From positions 165 through 64,164 of the forward strand of contig CAKSPO010000005.1 of the NCBI GenBank assembly GCA_934481515.1: DNA of 64,000 bases, read 5' to 3'. This document shows positions 37,836-48,584 of this stretch, piece by piece. Both the position numbers and the translations under genes were made by a program. How positions within the stretch are numbered: position 1 is the first letter of the stretch; the number at the start of each line of letters is the position of its first letter. Origin of the DNA: an uncultured Eubacteriales bacterium (GTDB lineage Bacteria > Bacillota > Clostridia > Oscillospirales > CAG-272). The notes under the pieces were generated by a model. That model was given only the letters and a program-made list of their open reading frames with translations, had not been told where the DNA came from and did no database searches.

Positions 37836-37969
37836 TTCGCGAAGGGGTTGCGGTACATTGGGTAGAGGGACAAACAACGCATCCGATTGTTCGATTCACC
37901 GCGTTGTAAATGGGTACCCGTTTCCGGTGGGGTAAATGCCGCGGGAAGGTTGTGCGAATTTCTTAGGAG

Positions 37970-38009
37970 CGGGCGGGCAGACCCTGCGCGGGCAACGCCT
38001 GTTTCCTAC
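37970..38009 (-). repeat. REP core, long form
   Basis: Reverse complement reads gtaggaaacaggcgttgcccgcgcagggtctgcccgcccg. Confidence 0.8.
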
Positions 38010-38151
38010 CGGGAATCAAGAATTTTTTCGTCCGGCAAAAGCCGGAACGGAATGATCAAAGGGGATTTCCTTGCCCGGTGGAAGCCGGAGGCATAATGGC
38101 AAATGGCTTTTTTCGCCCGGCGGAAGACGGGAACACAGAGCCGGGGAGTGC

Positions 38152-39390
38152 TCAGAAGAGAGTGATATTTTTTGGGTCGAGCAACGGATCTTCCGGTTCC
38201 AGCAACAGATACAGGTGCAGCCTTTCGGGGACAACGGCAACATCGGAGGAAAGACGGGGATCCGGCTTCAGTGTCATGTCAAAAACCAGCGCTCCGTCCG
38301 GCGCTTCGGTGACAGAATACGAGCGGAACGCGGGATGATCTGCAAAGTAACGGATGTCTTCCGGCGGTTCTTTTTCGATCGGCTCTTCTTCGATCGGCTC
38401 CCGGACAGCGCTGTCTGTTCCGGAAGGCTTCTGTTCCGATGCTTTCGACGGAAGCGGTTGCAGTTCTTCCGAAAATTCGGTGTCCGGCGCGGTCGGTTCT
38501 CCGGCGTCATTTTCCTGCATGGCAATGACGGGGCACTCTTTTTCGTCTGCGGTTGTTTCTCCTGAGACTTCCGGAGCATCCGGGGCGGCAGCGGTCCACG
38601 GGAAACGGCATAGGGAGTCTTGCTGCAGGCGCAAGAGGACGGAAACGGCTTTTTCTGACGGGGGAATGTCCTGCCGGGAATCCGAATCGCACCCCATCGC
38701 CGCCATGGTGCCGGTGCGGCGGCGGATGGTAAGAAACGCGCAAAGCAGGAATGCGGTCAACCGCTTCCATTCGATATCCGAAAAATTCAGCGGCAGCATG
38801 GGGACAGACGAAGCCGTTCCGAGCCGGCAACCGGTAAAATTGGCGACCAGCTGCAAAAGCGTGTACAGGCTGACCTGTTCTTCGGAGAAAAAGATCCGGT
38901 TTATATAGTAGAACAGTTCTTCCAGTTTCGCGGGAACCGTGGTGCGCAGGCGGTCACGGCGGGACGAAAACGGAGAAAGCAGCTCGGTTTCCTGCATCAG
39001 CGAGATGGATTCTGCCAGCCTCACGGGAGGGAGCGGAATCCGCACCGCGACAAGAAGCCCGGCGGCAGGCAGCAATTGGGGAAACAAAAGCAGAGACGCA
39101 CCGGAACCGCATGCGACGACGCGATAAGCGTCCGTCGGGAGAAACGGCTTTTTCATTAAACGTTTTGACGGAATGCTCAGGCGGTAGATTTCCGTCAGCG
39201 GTTTTCCGCGTGTGATCCGGACACCGCGGGCAGCCAGTACACGGTAGGAATCGGCGGTGTCAAGAATGAGAAGATCATCAAAAAAAGCTCTGCCGTGCGG
39301 CTCGTTTTTTCCTTGCCGGAAAGTAATTTCCGGCACATAACTCTTTACTCTTTCCATGATTATCAAAAATTGTCTTTTTCGGGGAATCAA
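38152..39390 (-). CDS. Hypothetical protein (two folded regions joined by an acidic Pro/Glu-rich linker)
   Basis: 412-aa ORF; start could be an internal Met (MERVKSY); begins 3 nt after the NERD gene stop; no motif recognised. Confidence 0.55.
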   Translation of the reverse strand: MIPRKRQFLIIMERVKSYVPEITFRQGKNEPHGRAFFDDLLILDTADSYRVLAARGVRITRGKPLTEIYRLSIPSKRLMKKPFLPTDAYRVVACGSGASLLLFPQLLPAAGLLVAVRIPLPPVRLAESISLMQETELLSPFSSRRDRLRTTVPAKLEELFYYINRIFFSEEQVSLYTLLQLVANFTGCRLGTASSVPMLPLNFSDIEWKRLTAFLLCAFLTIRRRTGTMAAMGCDSDSRQDIPPSEKAVSVLLRLQQDSLCRFPWTAAAPDAPEVSGETTADEKECPVIAMQENDAGEPTAPDTEFSEELQPLPSKASEQKPSGTDSAVREPIEEEPIEKEPPEDIRYFADHPAFRSYSVTEAPDGALVFDMTLKPDPRLSSDVAVVPERLHLYLLLEPEDPLLDPKNITLF

Positions 39391-39393
39391 ACC

Positions 39394-40215
39394 TCAGAAT
39401 ACGATGTGGTTGATACGGTTCAGTGCAATTTTCCGGTAGCTGCCGTCGAGACATCCGACGGTAAAAACCGTATCTTTGTTGTAATAAACGCCGGTGGCAC
39501 CGTTGGTATAGGTCACAAGCAACCGGTCCCGCAGAAGGAGCGGCTGATGCTCGGCACTCAGGTAACGCAGGCAGGTGGTGTCGATGCGCACCTTTGCACC
39601 CTCTTTGGTATAGCAGTCAAAAAAGCAGTCCGCAAGAATTCCCTTGCAGAATTCGCTCTCTTCGCTGTAAAAACGGGTACATCGAAGAATGCGGGAGGGA
39701 TCCGGCGGGTTTGCCGCGGAAGCCTTTTTTGCTCTTGCCGTGCTTTTGATGAAGGATACCATCCGCTCTGTTTTCATCAGGGCAATCCCCTCCGATTCCT
39801 CCGGCAGGCGCAGAACGCAGTCCGGCTCCGCAAAGACCACCATGCCGGTCACGGGGCTTTCGATTCCGTAAAAATCGCACAGGGCGGACAGAAACTGCCG
39901 GGTGGTTCCGACGGGGCTTTTCAGCTTTTTCTTTACGCCGTTTTCCTTCAGCTGGCAGAAGTCTCCGCCCTCCCGGACGATTTCTCCTTTCCAATACTTG
40001 ACCTCCAGAACGAACAGCACCCCTTTTTCCAGAACGGCAAAATCCTTCTCAAGGTACAGCTTTTTATGCGGGACGACCACGTTCCGGATGACACAGTCAA
40101 AATTTTCGCAGAGAATCCGGTAGATGACCTCCTCTCCGTCCGCGCCGAAGCGCTCGATTTCCTCCTGCTCCGGCAGTTTTTCGGCGCCGGCACGCCGCCA
40201 GATGGTTCCGAACAT
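39394..40215 (-). CDS. NERD (nuclease-related domain) protein
   Basis: ORF to 40362; start placed at MFGTIWRR after AAGGAGG (273 aa); NERD-like GADGEEVIYRIL...VIRNVVV...EKDFAVLEKGVLFVLEVKYWKGEI (D/E..E.K nuclease pattern). Confidence 0.65.
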   Translation of the reverse strand: MFGTIWRRAGAEKLPEQEEIERFGADGEEVIYRILCENFDCVIRNVVVPHKKLYLEKDFAVLEKGVLFVLEVKYWKGEIVREGGDFCQLKENGVKKKLKSPVGTTRQFLSALCDFYGIESPVTGMVVFAEPDCVLRLPEESEGIALMKTERMVSFIKSTARAKKASAANPPDPSRILRCTRFYSEESEFCKGILADCFFDCYTKEGAKVRIDTTCLRYLSAEHQPLLLRDRLLVTYTNGATGVYYNKDTVFTVGCLDGSYRKIALNRINHIVF

Positions 40216-40501
40216 CCGGATGACCTCCTTTCCTGTCTCCGGAGCCGGCAACGTGCATCGGCGAATCCGGAGGGTATAAAGCAACAGAAGCGCTTGCACG
40301 ATCTTTTTTTGCCGGAGCTTCGCACGCGGGAACGGATGTGTGGCTCCGGAAAAAATACGCAAAAACGCTTCTTTATCTGTTTTACGGGTTGCGTATACCG
40401 CATCCTTTCTGTTTTGTCAATCCTTCACAAATGAAACACCAAAAAGAGGAAATGCGGTACAATGGAATACCTTACGGTCGCACTGCTTTTCCGGCGCTCT
40501 T

Positions 40502-41284
40502 TCAGACTTCCGCTCCGGGGATGTCTCCGACTCCGTTCAGCACCAGGCGCGGGCGGTAGGGGAACTTTTTGATCTCCTCTTTGGAGGTCACGCCGGAGAG
40601 CACAAGCACCGTATCCAGACCGGTCTCGATTCCGGCGACGATATCGGTATCCATCCGGTCACCGATCATGACCGCATCCGCCGAGTGAACGCCGAGAATC
40701 CGCAAACCGGTGCGCATCATCAGCGGGTTCGGCTTTCCGACAAAATATGCCTGCTGACCGGTTGCCATCTCGATGGGGGAGATCATGGCGCGGCAGGCGG
40801 GGATGATTCCGTCCTCGGAAGGACCGGTAAGGTCGCTGTTGGTACCGATGAGCTTGGCACCGCGGGAGACCAGGCGCACTGCCTTGAGGATGTTTTCGTA
40901 ATTGTAGGTGTTGCCCTCTCCGATGATTACATAATCGGGATCAATGTCATTCATCGTAATGTTTTCATCGTGCAGCGCCATAATCAGCCCGGCTCCGCCG
41001 ATCACATAAGCACTGCAGTTCGGTGCCTGATTGCGGATGAAGCGCGCGGTTGCCAGTGCGCTGGTATAAAAGTGGCTTTCATCCACATCCAACCCCATTC
41101 GGTGGAGCTTCTGCTGCAATTCCCGCGGAGAGCGCTCCGAGGAATTGGTCAGGAACAGAAAATTTTTGTTTTCCCGGTAGAGCCATTCCACAAACTCCTT
41201 GACGCCGGGCAAAAGGCGGTTCCCATGGTAGATCACGCCGTCCATATCACAGATAAAGCCTTTTTTCTTTCTCAGTTCTTCCAT
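40502..41284 (-). CDS. HAD-IIA family hydrolase (NagD-like sugar/nucleotide phosphatase)
   Basis: 260 aa; motif I ICDMDGVIY, FLTNSS, motif IV MIGDRMDTDI. Confidence 0.85.
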   Translation of the reverse strand: MEELRKKKGFICDMDGVIYHGNRLLPGVKEFVEWLYRENKNFLFLTNSSERSPRELQQKLHRMGLDVDESHFYTSALATARFIRNQAPNCSAYVIGGAGLIMALHDENITMNDIDPDYVIIGEGNTYNYENILKAVRLVSRGAKLIGTNSDLTGPSEDGIIPACRAMISPIEMATGQQAYFVGKPNPLMMRTGLRILGVHSADAVMIGDRMDTDIVAGIETGLDTVLVLSGVTSKEEIKKFPYRPRLVLNGVGDIPGAEV

Positions 41285-41377
41285 GTTTTCCTCTCCTCTT
41301 CCTGCTTGCCGCTCTGCCGCGATCCGGATTCCGCCGATGAGCGGTTTTCGGCTCCGCGGACAACATCATTCTTTTTT

Positions 41378-41406
41378 ATTATACCATATTTTGCGGTGAT
41401 TTGCAA
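41378..41406 (-). promoter_or_regulatory. Candidate promoter of the HAD gene
   Basis: Minus strand reads TTGCAA, 17 nt, TATAAT. Confidence 0.5.
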
Positions 41407-41455
41407 GTCTGTGCAGGAAATTTTTGCGAAAAAAGGGCAATCGGGAAGGGGAATT

Positions 41456-42421
41456 TCAGGCAAACGCGGAACGGTAGGCGAGCGGAGAGCATCCGTAGCG
41501 CGCGCGGAAGGCGGTGGAAAAATAATCCGCCGTCTCAAAGCCGCAGGAATATGCAATGTCCTTGACCTGCCGGTGTGTGGTGCGGAGCAGCTCTGCCGCA
41601 ACGGAGAGGCGGGCGTTCCGGATTTCCGTTGCGATTCCGTGCCCCCGTGCCGCGGAGAACAGGTGCTGCAGGTGCGACGTGCTGACAAAGCAGGCGTCTG
41701 CCACGTCGCGGACGGAAATGGGAGAGGTCGCGTTTTTCCGGATATAATCCAGCGCGGGAACGAGACATGCCGAGGTCTGACCGGGCGACGGCAGATACGG
41801 GGAAAGCTCCGATTCCGGAAGGGAGAGGAGCGACCGGCGGAGCAGTGCGGCAAGAAGTCCGAGATAGACGCGCAGGGCGGGCAGGGCATCGTCAAAGCCG
41901 CCGGAAAGGGAGCAGTCCCGGAGACGGCACAGCTCCTGTATGGAACGGCACGTCTGCCCCGCAAGCGCACGTAGCACGCCCTCCCGGAGATCCCCGCGAA
42001 ACTCCGCAGCGCAGACCGTCAGGAGCAGTCTGCCGTGCAGGACGACGGGAACCACAAATTCCCGCACCCCGCAGTAGCAGGTCATCACCCTTGCAGCTCC
42101 GTCCGAAAGGCGCCGCCGGTAGGCATCCTCCCGCAGGCGGACGCAGCGGCGGTGCAACCGCGGATTTTGCTTGACGGCAAGGCAGAATGCGTTTTCCCGC
42201 CATCGGTTCCGGGCACGGAGGGCACCGAGTCCTGCACGCGGAAGCAGGTCATAGGGGTCTCCGACGATGAGGTGCCAGCCGAAATCCTTTTCCAGCCGGT
42301 CGGCATAGTGCAGAATTTCTTCTGTCCCGACCGTTCCGAGCGAATCACACAAAACAAAACCTCCAAAGCACAAAATCAAAGTTTTCAGGTCTATTATAGT
42401 GCTATAATGAGTCTGCGTCAA
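41456..42421 (-). CDS. AraC-family regulator with PocR-like N-terminal sensor domain
   Basis: 321 aa; Cys-containing N-terminal region (FCLAVKQNPRLHRRC...MTCYCGVREFVVPV); C-terminal AraC HTH ISVRDVADACFVSTSHLQHLF...IAYSCGFETADYFSTAFR. Confidence 0.8.
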   Translation of the reverse strand: MTQTHYSTIIDLKTLILCFGGFVLCDSLGTVGTEEILHYADRLEKDFGWHLIVGDPYDLLPRAGLGALRARNRWRENAFCLAVKQNPRLHRRCVRLREDAYRRRLSDGAARVMTCYCGVREFVVPVVLHGRLLLTVCAAEFRGDLREGVLRALAGQTCRSIQELCRLRDCSLSGGFDDALPALRVYLGLLAALLRRSLLSLPESELSPYLPSPGQTSACLVPALDYIRKNATSPISVRDVADACFVSTSHLQHLFSAARGHGIATEIRNARLSVAAELLRTTHRQVKDIAYSCGFETADYFSTAFRARYGCSPLAYRSAFA

Positions 42422-42494
42422 GTGAAACTTTTCTTTTGTGCAAATTTTTCAAAACAAATCCATAGAATCTATGGAGTCTTGGGAGGGAAGAAGC

Positions 42495-44855
42495 ATGGAA
42501 ACCATCTGGTTGGATGCCGTTGCATTTCCGACGCGCGGCGGCTGGAAGAAGGAAACGCAGTTTGTGCGGGAGATGGGGCAGGCGTATCTGATTGCCTGCG
42601 ACCGCCCCGGCGTTCCCGTCGCGGACGCGGAACAGAAATTTTCCGTCCGTGACGGCGGGAATTACCGTTTCTGGGTGCGGACGAAAAACTGGAAGCTCCC
42701 GGAGGCACCGGGAACCTTTACACTGGCGGCGGACGGCAGGGAGCTTGGAGCTGTTTGCGGACGGAAGCCGAACACGCGCTGGTACTGGGAGCTTGCCGGG
42801 AACACTGCACTGCTGCCCGGAGAGCATCTTCTGTCGGTACGGGACAAAACCGGCTGGCTCGCCCGTTTTTCGTCGGTCGTGATTACGAATGACCTTGATT
42901 TTGTTCCGTCGCCGGAAACAGAACGGATGCTCTCGGAGAGAGCGGAAATCCGGGGTGAGCGCCGGGACATCCGGCGCTCGGACGGATGGGATTTTGTGGT
43001 GGTCGGAGCCGGTCCCGGGGGAATTCCCGCCGCGGTCAGCGCCGCCCGTGCGGGGCTTCGTGTGGCATTGCTGGAAGCCAATTCCGAAGTCGGCGGGAAT
43101 GCGAGCGACGAGGGCACCATAGGTCTGGACGGTGCCGGGGCGCAGAATCCCGGCTGGAACGAAACCGGAATTTCCGACGAGGTGCGGCAGATCCGGAAAA
43201 AGGAGAACCTGACCTGGCAGGGGGCGCTGGAGCGCATTCTTTTTGCGGAGCCGAATGTCACGGTTTTCACGGATACGCTCTGTATCGACGCGAAAAAGGA
43301 AGGGAACCGGATCTGCTCGGTGCTCTGTGTCAACACGCTGACGGGGGAGCGGACGGAGTTTTGCGGGGCGTTGTTTGCGGATTGCTCCGGAGACGGGTGG
43401 CTCGGCTATTATGCCGGAGCAAAATACCGCATCGGGCGGGAAGCCGCCGCGGAGACCGGAGAAGCGTCCGCCCCGGTGTCTGCCGATACCGATACCATGA
43501 GCGGATGCGCCTGCGGAAAAACCGCGGAAGGCGGGATCAAACGCGCTTACTATGCCGCGGATGCCGGACATCCGGTTCCGTTTACACTCCCGTCGTGGGC
43601 GATTAAGCTTCCGGAGGGAGAGGCGCTCTGCCGCAGGGCAAACGAGATCAGCCGTGCGGAGTGGTGGCTGGAAAATTCCAACGACTATGACGATCTCTTT
43701 GATGCAGAGCATACCCGCGACACGCTGGTCCGGCTCGCGCTCGGATATTTTGACTGGATGAAGAATTCCGGCAACCGGCGGGAGGAAATGAAAAATTATG
43801 AGCTGCGGGAGCTGGCGCTCTATCATGCAAAGCGGGAGAACCGGCGGCTGATCGGCGATTATGTTCTGACCGAGGAGGACTGCGTCACAGGCAGAAGCTT
43901 CCCCGATGCCGTCAGCTATGCGGGCTGGCCGATCGATCTGCACCATGTCCGCGGCATCTACTCCGGCGCGGAGGGCGCGTTTTACCGGAATCTCCACATC
44001 CGCATTGCCGAAATTCCGTACCGGTGTCTTTATTCGGTCAACCGCTCCAACCTGTTTTTTGCTTCCCGCTGCGCGTCCTTCACGCATGTCGCGCTCGGAA
44101 CCGCGCGGGTGGAATCCACGCTTGCAACGCTCGGGCAGGTCATCGGAACGGCGGTAGCCTTCTGCAAGACCTACGGAATTTCCCCGCGGGAGGTCGGCAG
44201 GAGTCATATGGAGGAGCTTCGTCAGCGGCTTCTGCGGGACGATCTGACCGTTCCCGGCATCCGCAATGCCGATCCGGAGGATCTGGCGCGGGACGCGGCC
44301 GTTAAGGCGAGCTCCTCCGCGGCGCTGGAGCCGATGGAATCCGTCCGGGATCCGTTCATCCGGGAGCATCTTCCGAAGGAATATTTCCATTCCGACGGGA
44401 CGCTTTGCGCGGATGCGCCCATCCGGACCGACCGCGAGGGCAGGATCCTCTCTGCCTGTGCGCCGGAAAACGTCATTGACGGGAGCATTCGGGGCACGGT
44501 TGCGGAATCGCATGGCTGGTATACGGAAGCGGCGTTGCCGCAGAGCCTGACCCTGACGCTGAAAAAGCCTTCCCGCATCCGCGAGGTGCAGCTGACCGCA
44601 GATACCGACCTGACCTATCCGCGCTATTCTTACGGCGCACAGAGGGAATACCCCAAAACGGCGGAGCATGTCACGGCAGAGGTTTTGTGCGCGGACGGGT
44701 GGAAGAAGGTCGGCGAAAAAACGGACAACTGCCTGCGGCAGATGCGCTTTTCTTTCCCGCCGGTACAGGCCCAGGCGGTGCGGGTCACGGTGCTCAAATC
44801 TGCCGGAGAGAATGTTGCAAAGCTGTTGGAGGTACGGATTTACGGCGAGAAGTGA
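42495..44855 (+). CDS. FAD-dependent oxidoreductase with C-terminal discoidin (F5/8 type C)-like domain
   Basis: ORF from 42438; start placed at METIWLD after GGGAGGG (786 aa); dinucleotide fold VVVGAGPGGIPAAVSAARAGLRVALLE; C-terminal beta-sandwich-like ..PSRIREVQL...VRVTVLKS...LLEVRIYGE. Confidence 0.75.
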   Translation: METIWLDAVAFPTRGGWKKETQFVREMGQAYLIACDRPGVPVADAEQKFSVRDGGNYRFWVRTKNWKLPEAPGTFTLAADGRELGAVCGRKPNTRWYWELAGNTALLPGEHLLSVRDKTGWLARFSSVVITNDLDFVPSPETERMLSERAEIRGERRDIRRSDGWDFVVVGAGPGGIPAAVSAARAGLRVALLEANSEVGGNASDEGTIGLDGAGAQNPGWNETGISDEVRQIRKKENLTWQGALERILFAEPNVTVFTDTLCIDAKKEGNRICSVLCVNTLTGERTEFCGALFADCSGDGWLGYYAGAKYRIGREAAAETGEASAPVSADTDTMSGCACGKTAEGGIKRAYYAADAGHPVPFTLPSWAIKLPEGEALCRRANEISRAEWWLENSNDYDDLFDAEHTRDTLVRLALGYFDWMKNSGNRREEMKNYELRELALYHAKRENRRLIGDYVLTEEDCVTGRSFPDAVSYAGWPIDLHHVRGIYSGAEGAFYRNLHIRIAEIPYRCLYSVNRSNLFFASRCASFTHVALGTARVESTLATLGQVIGTAVAFCKTYGISPREVGRSHMEELRQRLLRDDLTVPGIRNADPEDLARDAAVKASSSAALEPMESVRDPFIREHLPKEYFHSDGTLCADAPIRTDREGRILSACAPENVIDGSIRGTVAESHGWYTEAALPQSLTLTLKKPSRIREVQLTADTDLTYPRYSYGAQREYPKTAEHVTAEVLCADGWKKVGEKTDNCLRQMRFSFPPVQAQAVRVTVLKSAGENVAKLLEVRIYGEK

Positions 44856-45000
44856 GTTTTTGCCGCGGGCGTCCTTGCCGGAACGCCGTTCCGCAGTCCC
44901 TTTCCCGGGGGCTTGCAGACAGATTTGTACAGGCAACCCGATCGGGTTGATTGCGGGGTGCCGGCTTTGCCGCTGCTGTTCGGCAGATCATAAAAACGCA

Positions 45001-45040
45001 AAAAACCGGTCGCACGCTTTCAGGGTGCAACCGGTTTTTG
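45001..45040. terminator. Bidirectional terminator between convergent genes
   Basis: AAAAACCGGTCGCAC..GTGCAACCGGTTTTT: stem of about 10 bp with 1 mismatch, flanked by A5 and T5. Confidence 0.7.
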
Positions 45041-45078
45041 CTGTCCGGGTGTAAAATCCTTTTCGGAAGCGGAAACGA

Positions 45079-45459
45079 CTACCGTTTGTCGTTTTTGGGG
45101 TCTGTCTCTTCTGTGCTGCCTGCCTTTTCCGGTGGATTTTCGGCTGGCTCCTTTCCGGGATGCTTCTTTTTCTGCTTCCGCACCTCCCATACTTTTTTCA
45201 GGGAGAGTGTGATGGCGATGCAGAGCGGAAAAAACGGGGTGAACGGTCCTGCCCAGAAGAGCATATATGCCGACGCAACCACCGAGCACCAGGTAAGATC
45301 AAACAGAAAATACAAGAGGTACCCGCCCCAGACCGGAAAGTACATGAGCACGACCACGACGGCAAACAGAATCAGCGTATGCACGTCCCGGCACTCCTCA
45401 AAGACCCATCGGAAGAAGTTCCGGAGCCTTTCTTTCAGTTTCGTTATCAGCCGTTTCAT
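45079..45459 (-). CDS. Small membrane protein, unknown function
   Basis: 126 aa, 3 predicted TM segments and a charged tail; 70 nt downstream of valS. Confidence 0.55.
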   Translation of the reverse strand: MKRLITKLKERLRNFFRWVFEECRDVHTLILFAVVVVLMYFPVWGGYLLYFLFDLTWCSVVASAYMLFWAGPFTPFFPLCIAITLSLKKVWEVRKQKKKHPGKEPAENPPEKAGSTEETDPKNDKR

Positions 45460-45529
45460 CGGATTCCTTTCCCGGTTTTTGCCCGGAGCGGGGCATTCCG
45501 TCTTTTCGGATTTTTCGGAGCGGCGGTTG

Positions 45530-48187
45530 TTATTTCAGCTTGGCAAGGGCGGCGCGGACGCCTTCGAGGTTCTCCTGATATTTTGCAAGCTTGCCCCGTT
45601 CGGCTTCCACCACAGCGGCGGGAGCCTTGGCGACAAAGCCCTCGTTGGAAAGCTTTTTGCCGATGCGGTCGATCTCGCCCTCCAGCCGGATTGCTTCGGC
45701 ACTGAGGCGGGCTTTTTCTTTTTCGGTGTCCACCAGCTCCGCGACGGGAAGAAATATGGTGGCGGAATCGGTGATGATCTGCACTGCGTTGTCCGCGGAA
45801 ACGGTTTCCTCCGGGAAGGATGCCGCAACCTCAACGCCGGAGGCGGACGCGAGACGCGCAAAGAACGCATGTGTTGCGGGTCCGAAGGACTCCGGGTAGG
45901 CGGTGGCGATATAAACCCGTGCCTTGCGGGAAGGAGCCACGTTCATTTCATTCCGGCGCAGACGGATTGCCTTGATGGCGTCAATCACGCGGCGCATTTC
46001 CAGGGATTCCTCCGGGAAGTTCAACTTGTCGGAAGCCTTCGGATAGGCGGCGATGACAATGCTTTCGCTGTCTCCCTCGTGCGGCAGAGCCTGATAAATT
46101 TCCTCGGTAATGAAGGGCATGAAGGGATGAAGCAGCTTCAGCGTGCCGGTCAGGACAAAGCAAAGCACCTGCTGTGCCGTCCGGTTGCCGGCGCTTCCCT
46201 TGTCGGACAGGCGGCTCTTGGTCAGTTCGATATACCAGTCGCAGAAGATGTCCCAGACAAAATCATAGATGGCGCTCAGCGCGACGCCGATTTCATAATG
46301 ATCCAGCGCGCCCGTGACGGTTGCGACCGTGCGGTTGTATTCGGTCAGAATCCACTTGTCCTCCGGGGAAAGCGTTTCCTTTGCGGGGAGCTCTGCCTTG
46401 GAGACGGTCAGATTCATGCGGACAAAGCGGGAGGCGTTCCAGAGCTTGTTGGCGAAATTGCGCGCCGCCTCCATTTTTTCTTCCGAGAAGCGCATGTCGT
46501 TTCCGGGGGAGTTTCCGGTGGAGAGGGCGAACCGGAGTGCGTCGGCGCCGTATCGGTCGATGATTTCCAAAGGATCGATGCCGTTGCCGAGGGACTTGGA
46601 CATTTTGCGTCCCTGCGCGTCGCGCACAAGACCGTGAATGAACACGGTATGGAACGGCTCCCTGCCCATCTGCTCCAGTCCGGAGAAGATCATCCGGGCA
46701 ACCCAGAAGAAGATGATGTCATACCCCGTGACGAGCACGCTGGTGGGATAGTATTTGGCAAGCTCCGGGGTTTTTTCCGGCCAACCCATGGTGGAGAAGG
46801 GCCAGAGCGCGGAGGAGAACCAGGTGTCCAGCACATCGCTTTCCTGCTCTACGCGGGAGCTTCCACACTTGGGGCAGACGGTGACATCCTCGCGGGAGAC
46901 GGTCATTTCTCCGCAGTCGCGGCAGTAGAAGGCGGGAATGCGGTGCCCCCACCAGAGCTGGCGGGAGATGCACCAGTCGTGGACGTTTTCCATCCAGTTG
47001 ATATAAATCTTGGAGAAGCGTTCCGGCTCAAACTTCACCTTGCCGTTCCGGACGACCTCCAGGGCGGGCTTTGCCAGCGGTTCCATTTTTACAAACCACT
47101 GATCCGAGGTCATCGGCTCCACGGTGGTATGGCAGCGGTAGCAGGTGCCGACATTGTGCACATGCGGTTCCACGCGGAGCAGGTAGCCTTCGGCTTCCAG
47201 ATCGGCAACCAGAGCGCGCCGTGCCTCGTATCGGTCCATGCCCTCATACTTGCCGCCGTAGGCGTTGATGGTCGCGTCGTCGTTCATGACCTTGATGATG
47301 GGAAGGTTGTGGCGCTGACCGACCAGAAAGTCGTTGGGGTCGTGTGCCGGCGTGATCTTGACACAGCCGGTACCGAAGCCGATCTCGACATATTCGTCGG
47401 CGATGACGGGAATCTCTCTTCCGACGATCGGAAGAATCAGCGTTTTTCCGATCAGATGCCGGTTTGCTTCGTCGTTCGGGTTGACTGCCACGGCGGTGTC
47501 GCCGAACATGGTCTCAGGTCTTGTGGTGGCAACCTCCACAAAGCCGTCCTCCCCCTTGATGGGGTAGCGGATGTGCCAGAAGGAGCCGTTCTGCTCGGTA
47601 TATTCAACCTCTGCGTCGGAGAGCGCCGTGATGCACTTGGGGCACCAGTTGATGATGCGGTTACCGCGGTAGATCAAACCTTTTTCATAAAGGTTGACAA
47701 AGACCTCGCGTACTGCGCGGGAGCAGCCTTCGTCGAAGGTGAAGCGCTGACGGCTCCAGTCGCAGGAAGCGCCGAGCTTCTTGAGCTGACCGGTGATCCG
47801 GGCTTCATATTTGTCCTTCCACTGCCAGACGCGCTCCAGAAATTTTTCGCGTCCGAGGTCATACCGGGTCAGGTTTTCCTCCACGCGCAGGCGCTCCTCC
47901 ACCTTGATCTGCGTGGCGATGCCGGCATGGTCGGTTCCGGGAACCCAGAGCGTATTGTAGCCCTGCATCCGCTTGTAGCGGACGAGGATGTCCTGAAGCG
48001 TTTCGTCCAGCGCGTGCCCCATGTGGAGCTGTCCCGTCACGTTGGGGGGCGGAATGACGACCGAAAAGGACTCGGCGGGATTGTTGACATCGGGTGTAAA
48101 ATAGCCTTTTTCACACCACGTCCGGTAGATCCGATCCTCAAACTCCGAGGGAGCATAGGTTTTCGGCAATTCGTTGTACTGATCCAT
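45530..48187 (-). CDS. valS: Valyl-tRNA synthetase
   Basis: ORF to 48298; start placed at [11 protein letters not shown] after GGAGG (885 aa); HIGH ([11 protein letters not shown]), KMSKS, C-terminal coiled coil. Confidence 0.96.
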   Translation of the reverse strand: MDQYNELPKTYAPSEFEDRIYRTWCEKGYFTPDVNNPAESFSVVIPPPNVTGQLHMGHALDETLQDILVRYKRMQGYNTLWVPGTDHAGIATQIKVEERLRVEENLTRYDLGREKFLERVWQWKDKYEARITGQLKKLGASCDWSRQRFTFDEGCSRAVREVFVNLYEKGLIYRGNRIINWCPKCITALSDAEVEYTEQNGSFWHIRYPIKGEDGFVEVATTRPETMFGDTAVAVNPNDEANRHLIGKTLILPIVGREIPVIADEYVEIGFGTGCVKITPAHDPNDFLVGQRHNLPIIKVMNDDATINAYGGKYEGMDRYEARRALVADLEAEGYLLRVEPHVHNVGTCYRCHTTVEPMTSDQWFVKMEPLAKPALEVVRNGKVKFEPERFSKIYINWMENVHDWCISRQLWWGHRIPAFYCRDCGEMTVSREDVTVCPKCGSSRVEQESDVLDTWFSSALWPFSTMGWPEKTPELAKYYPTSVLVTGYDIIFFWVARMIFSGLEQMGREPFHTVFIHGLVRDAQGRKMSKSLGNGIDPLEIIDRYGADALRFALSTGNSPGNDMRFSEEKMEAARNFANKLWNASRFVRMNLTVSKAELPAKETLSPEDKWILTEYNRTVATVTGALDHYEIGVALSAIYDFVWDIFCDWYIELTKSRLSDKGSAGNRTAQQVLCFVLTGTLKLLHPFMPFITEEIYQALPHEGDSESIVIAAYPKASDKLNFPEESLEMRRVIDAIKAIRLRRNEMNVAPSRKARVYIATAYPESFGPATHAFFARLASASGVEVAASFPEETVSADNAVQIITDSATIFLPVAELVDTEKEKARLSAEAIRLEGEIDRIGKKLSNEGFVAKAPAAVVEAERGKLAKYQENLEGVRAALAKLK

Positions 48188-48549
48188 AAAAACCTCCGAA
48201 AAAATAAAATCACGGAATTGCGGCAACGGGAGCTTTGCTCCGGCGGACGGGATGAAAAAACCGACCCGTGCACCGCAGAAAAAACAAAAAGCTCCCATGT
48301 CCCATCAGGACGTGGAAGCACGCGGTACCACCTGATTTCGCATGCCCCGGACGGGCACGCGCTCTTTTCTCCGGATGACGGACGGCGCCGTTGCGGACTA
48401 CACAAGGAGCCGAAACGGTTCTGATCGTTCCGTTCCTTTTTCCCCCGCACCGCTCGGAAGCGACCTTCCGGTGTCCCATACCCAAGGACTTGCACCGACC
48501 GTCCTCTCTCTGCCGGCGGAAACACCGTACTCTTCTTCGTCATTGCGTT
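48188..48549 (-). promoter_or_regulatory. T-box riboswitch leader of valS
   Basis: Minus strand has stem I elements (AGAGA, GGTGCAAG distal loop), the T-box sequence AATCAGGTGGTACCGCG (48321-48332 = GGTGGTACCGCG) and a terminator; a GUC triplet in ..CCGGAAGGUCGC.. is a possible Val specifier (not proven). Confidence 0.85.
48275..48319 (-). terminator. T-box terminator hairpin
   Basis: GCTTCCACGTCC-TGAT-GGGACATGGGAGC (11 of 12 bp paired) followed by TTTTTGTTTTTT on the minus strand. Confidence 0.75.
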
Positions 48550-48555
48550 TTGTTC

Positions 48556-48584
48556 AGTATAGCACACGCATCCGGGCTTGTCAA
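48556..48584 (-). promoter_or_regulatory. Candidate valS promoter
   Basis: Minus strand reads TTGACA, 17 nt, TATACT. Confidence 0.6.

Larger units (their letters stand above)
37521..38135. repeat. REP/REPIN-like modular repeat block R7
   Basis: Cores at 37561, 37812 and 37970; doublet 37812-38009 with spacer CCGCGTTGTAAATGGGTACCCG; four tandem units at 37594-37770 and more at 38015-38130. Confidence 0.85.

Noticed and set aside
42422-42494. Alternative oriC at the strand-switch point
   Set aside because: The 73-bp divergent spacer has no DnaA-box-like 9-mers and no extended A+T-rich unwinding region. It looks like an ordinary divergent promoter region. The strand-switch anomaly is reported as a finding instead.
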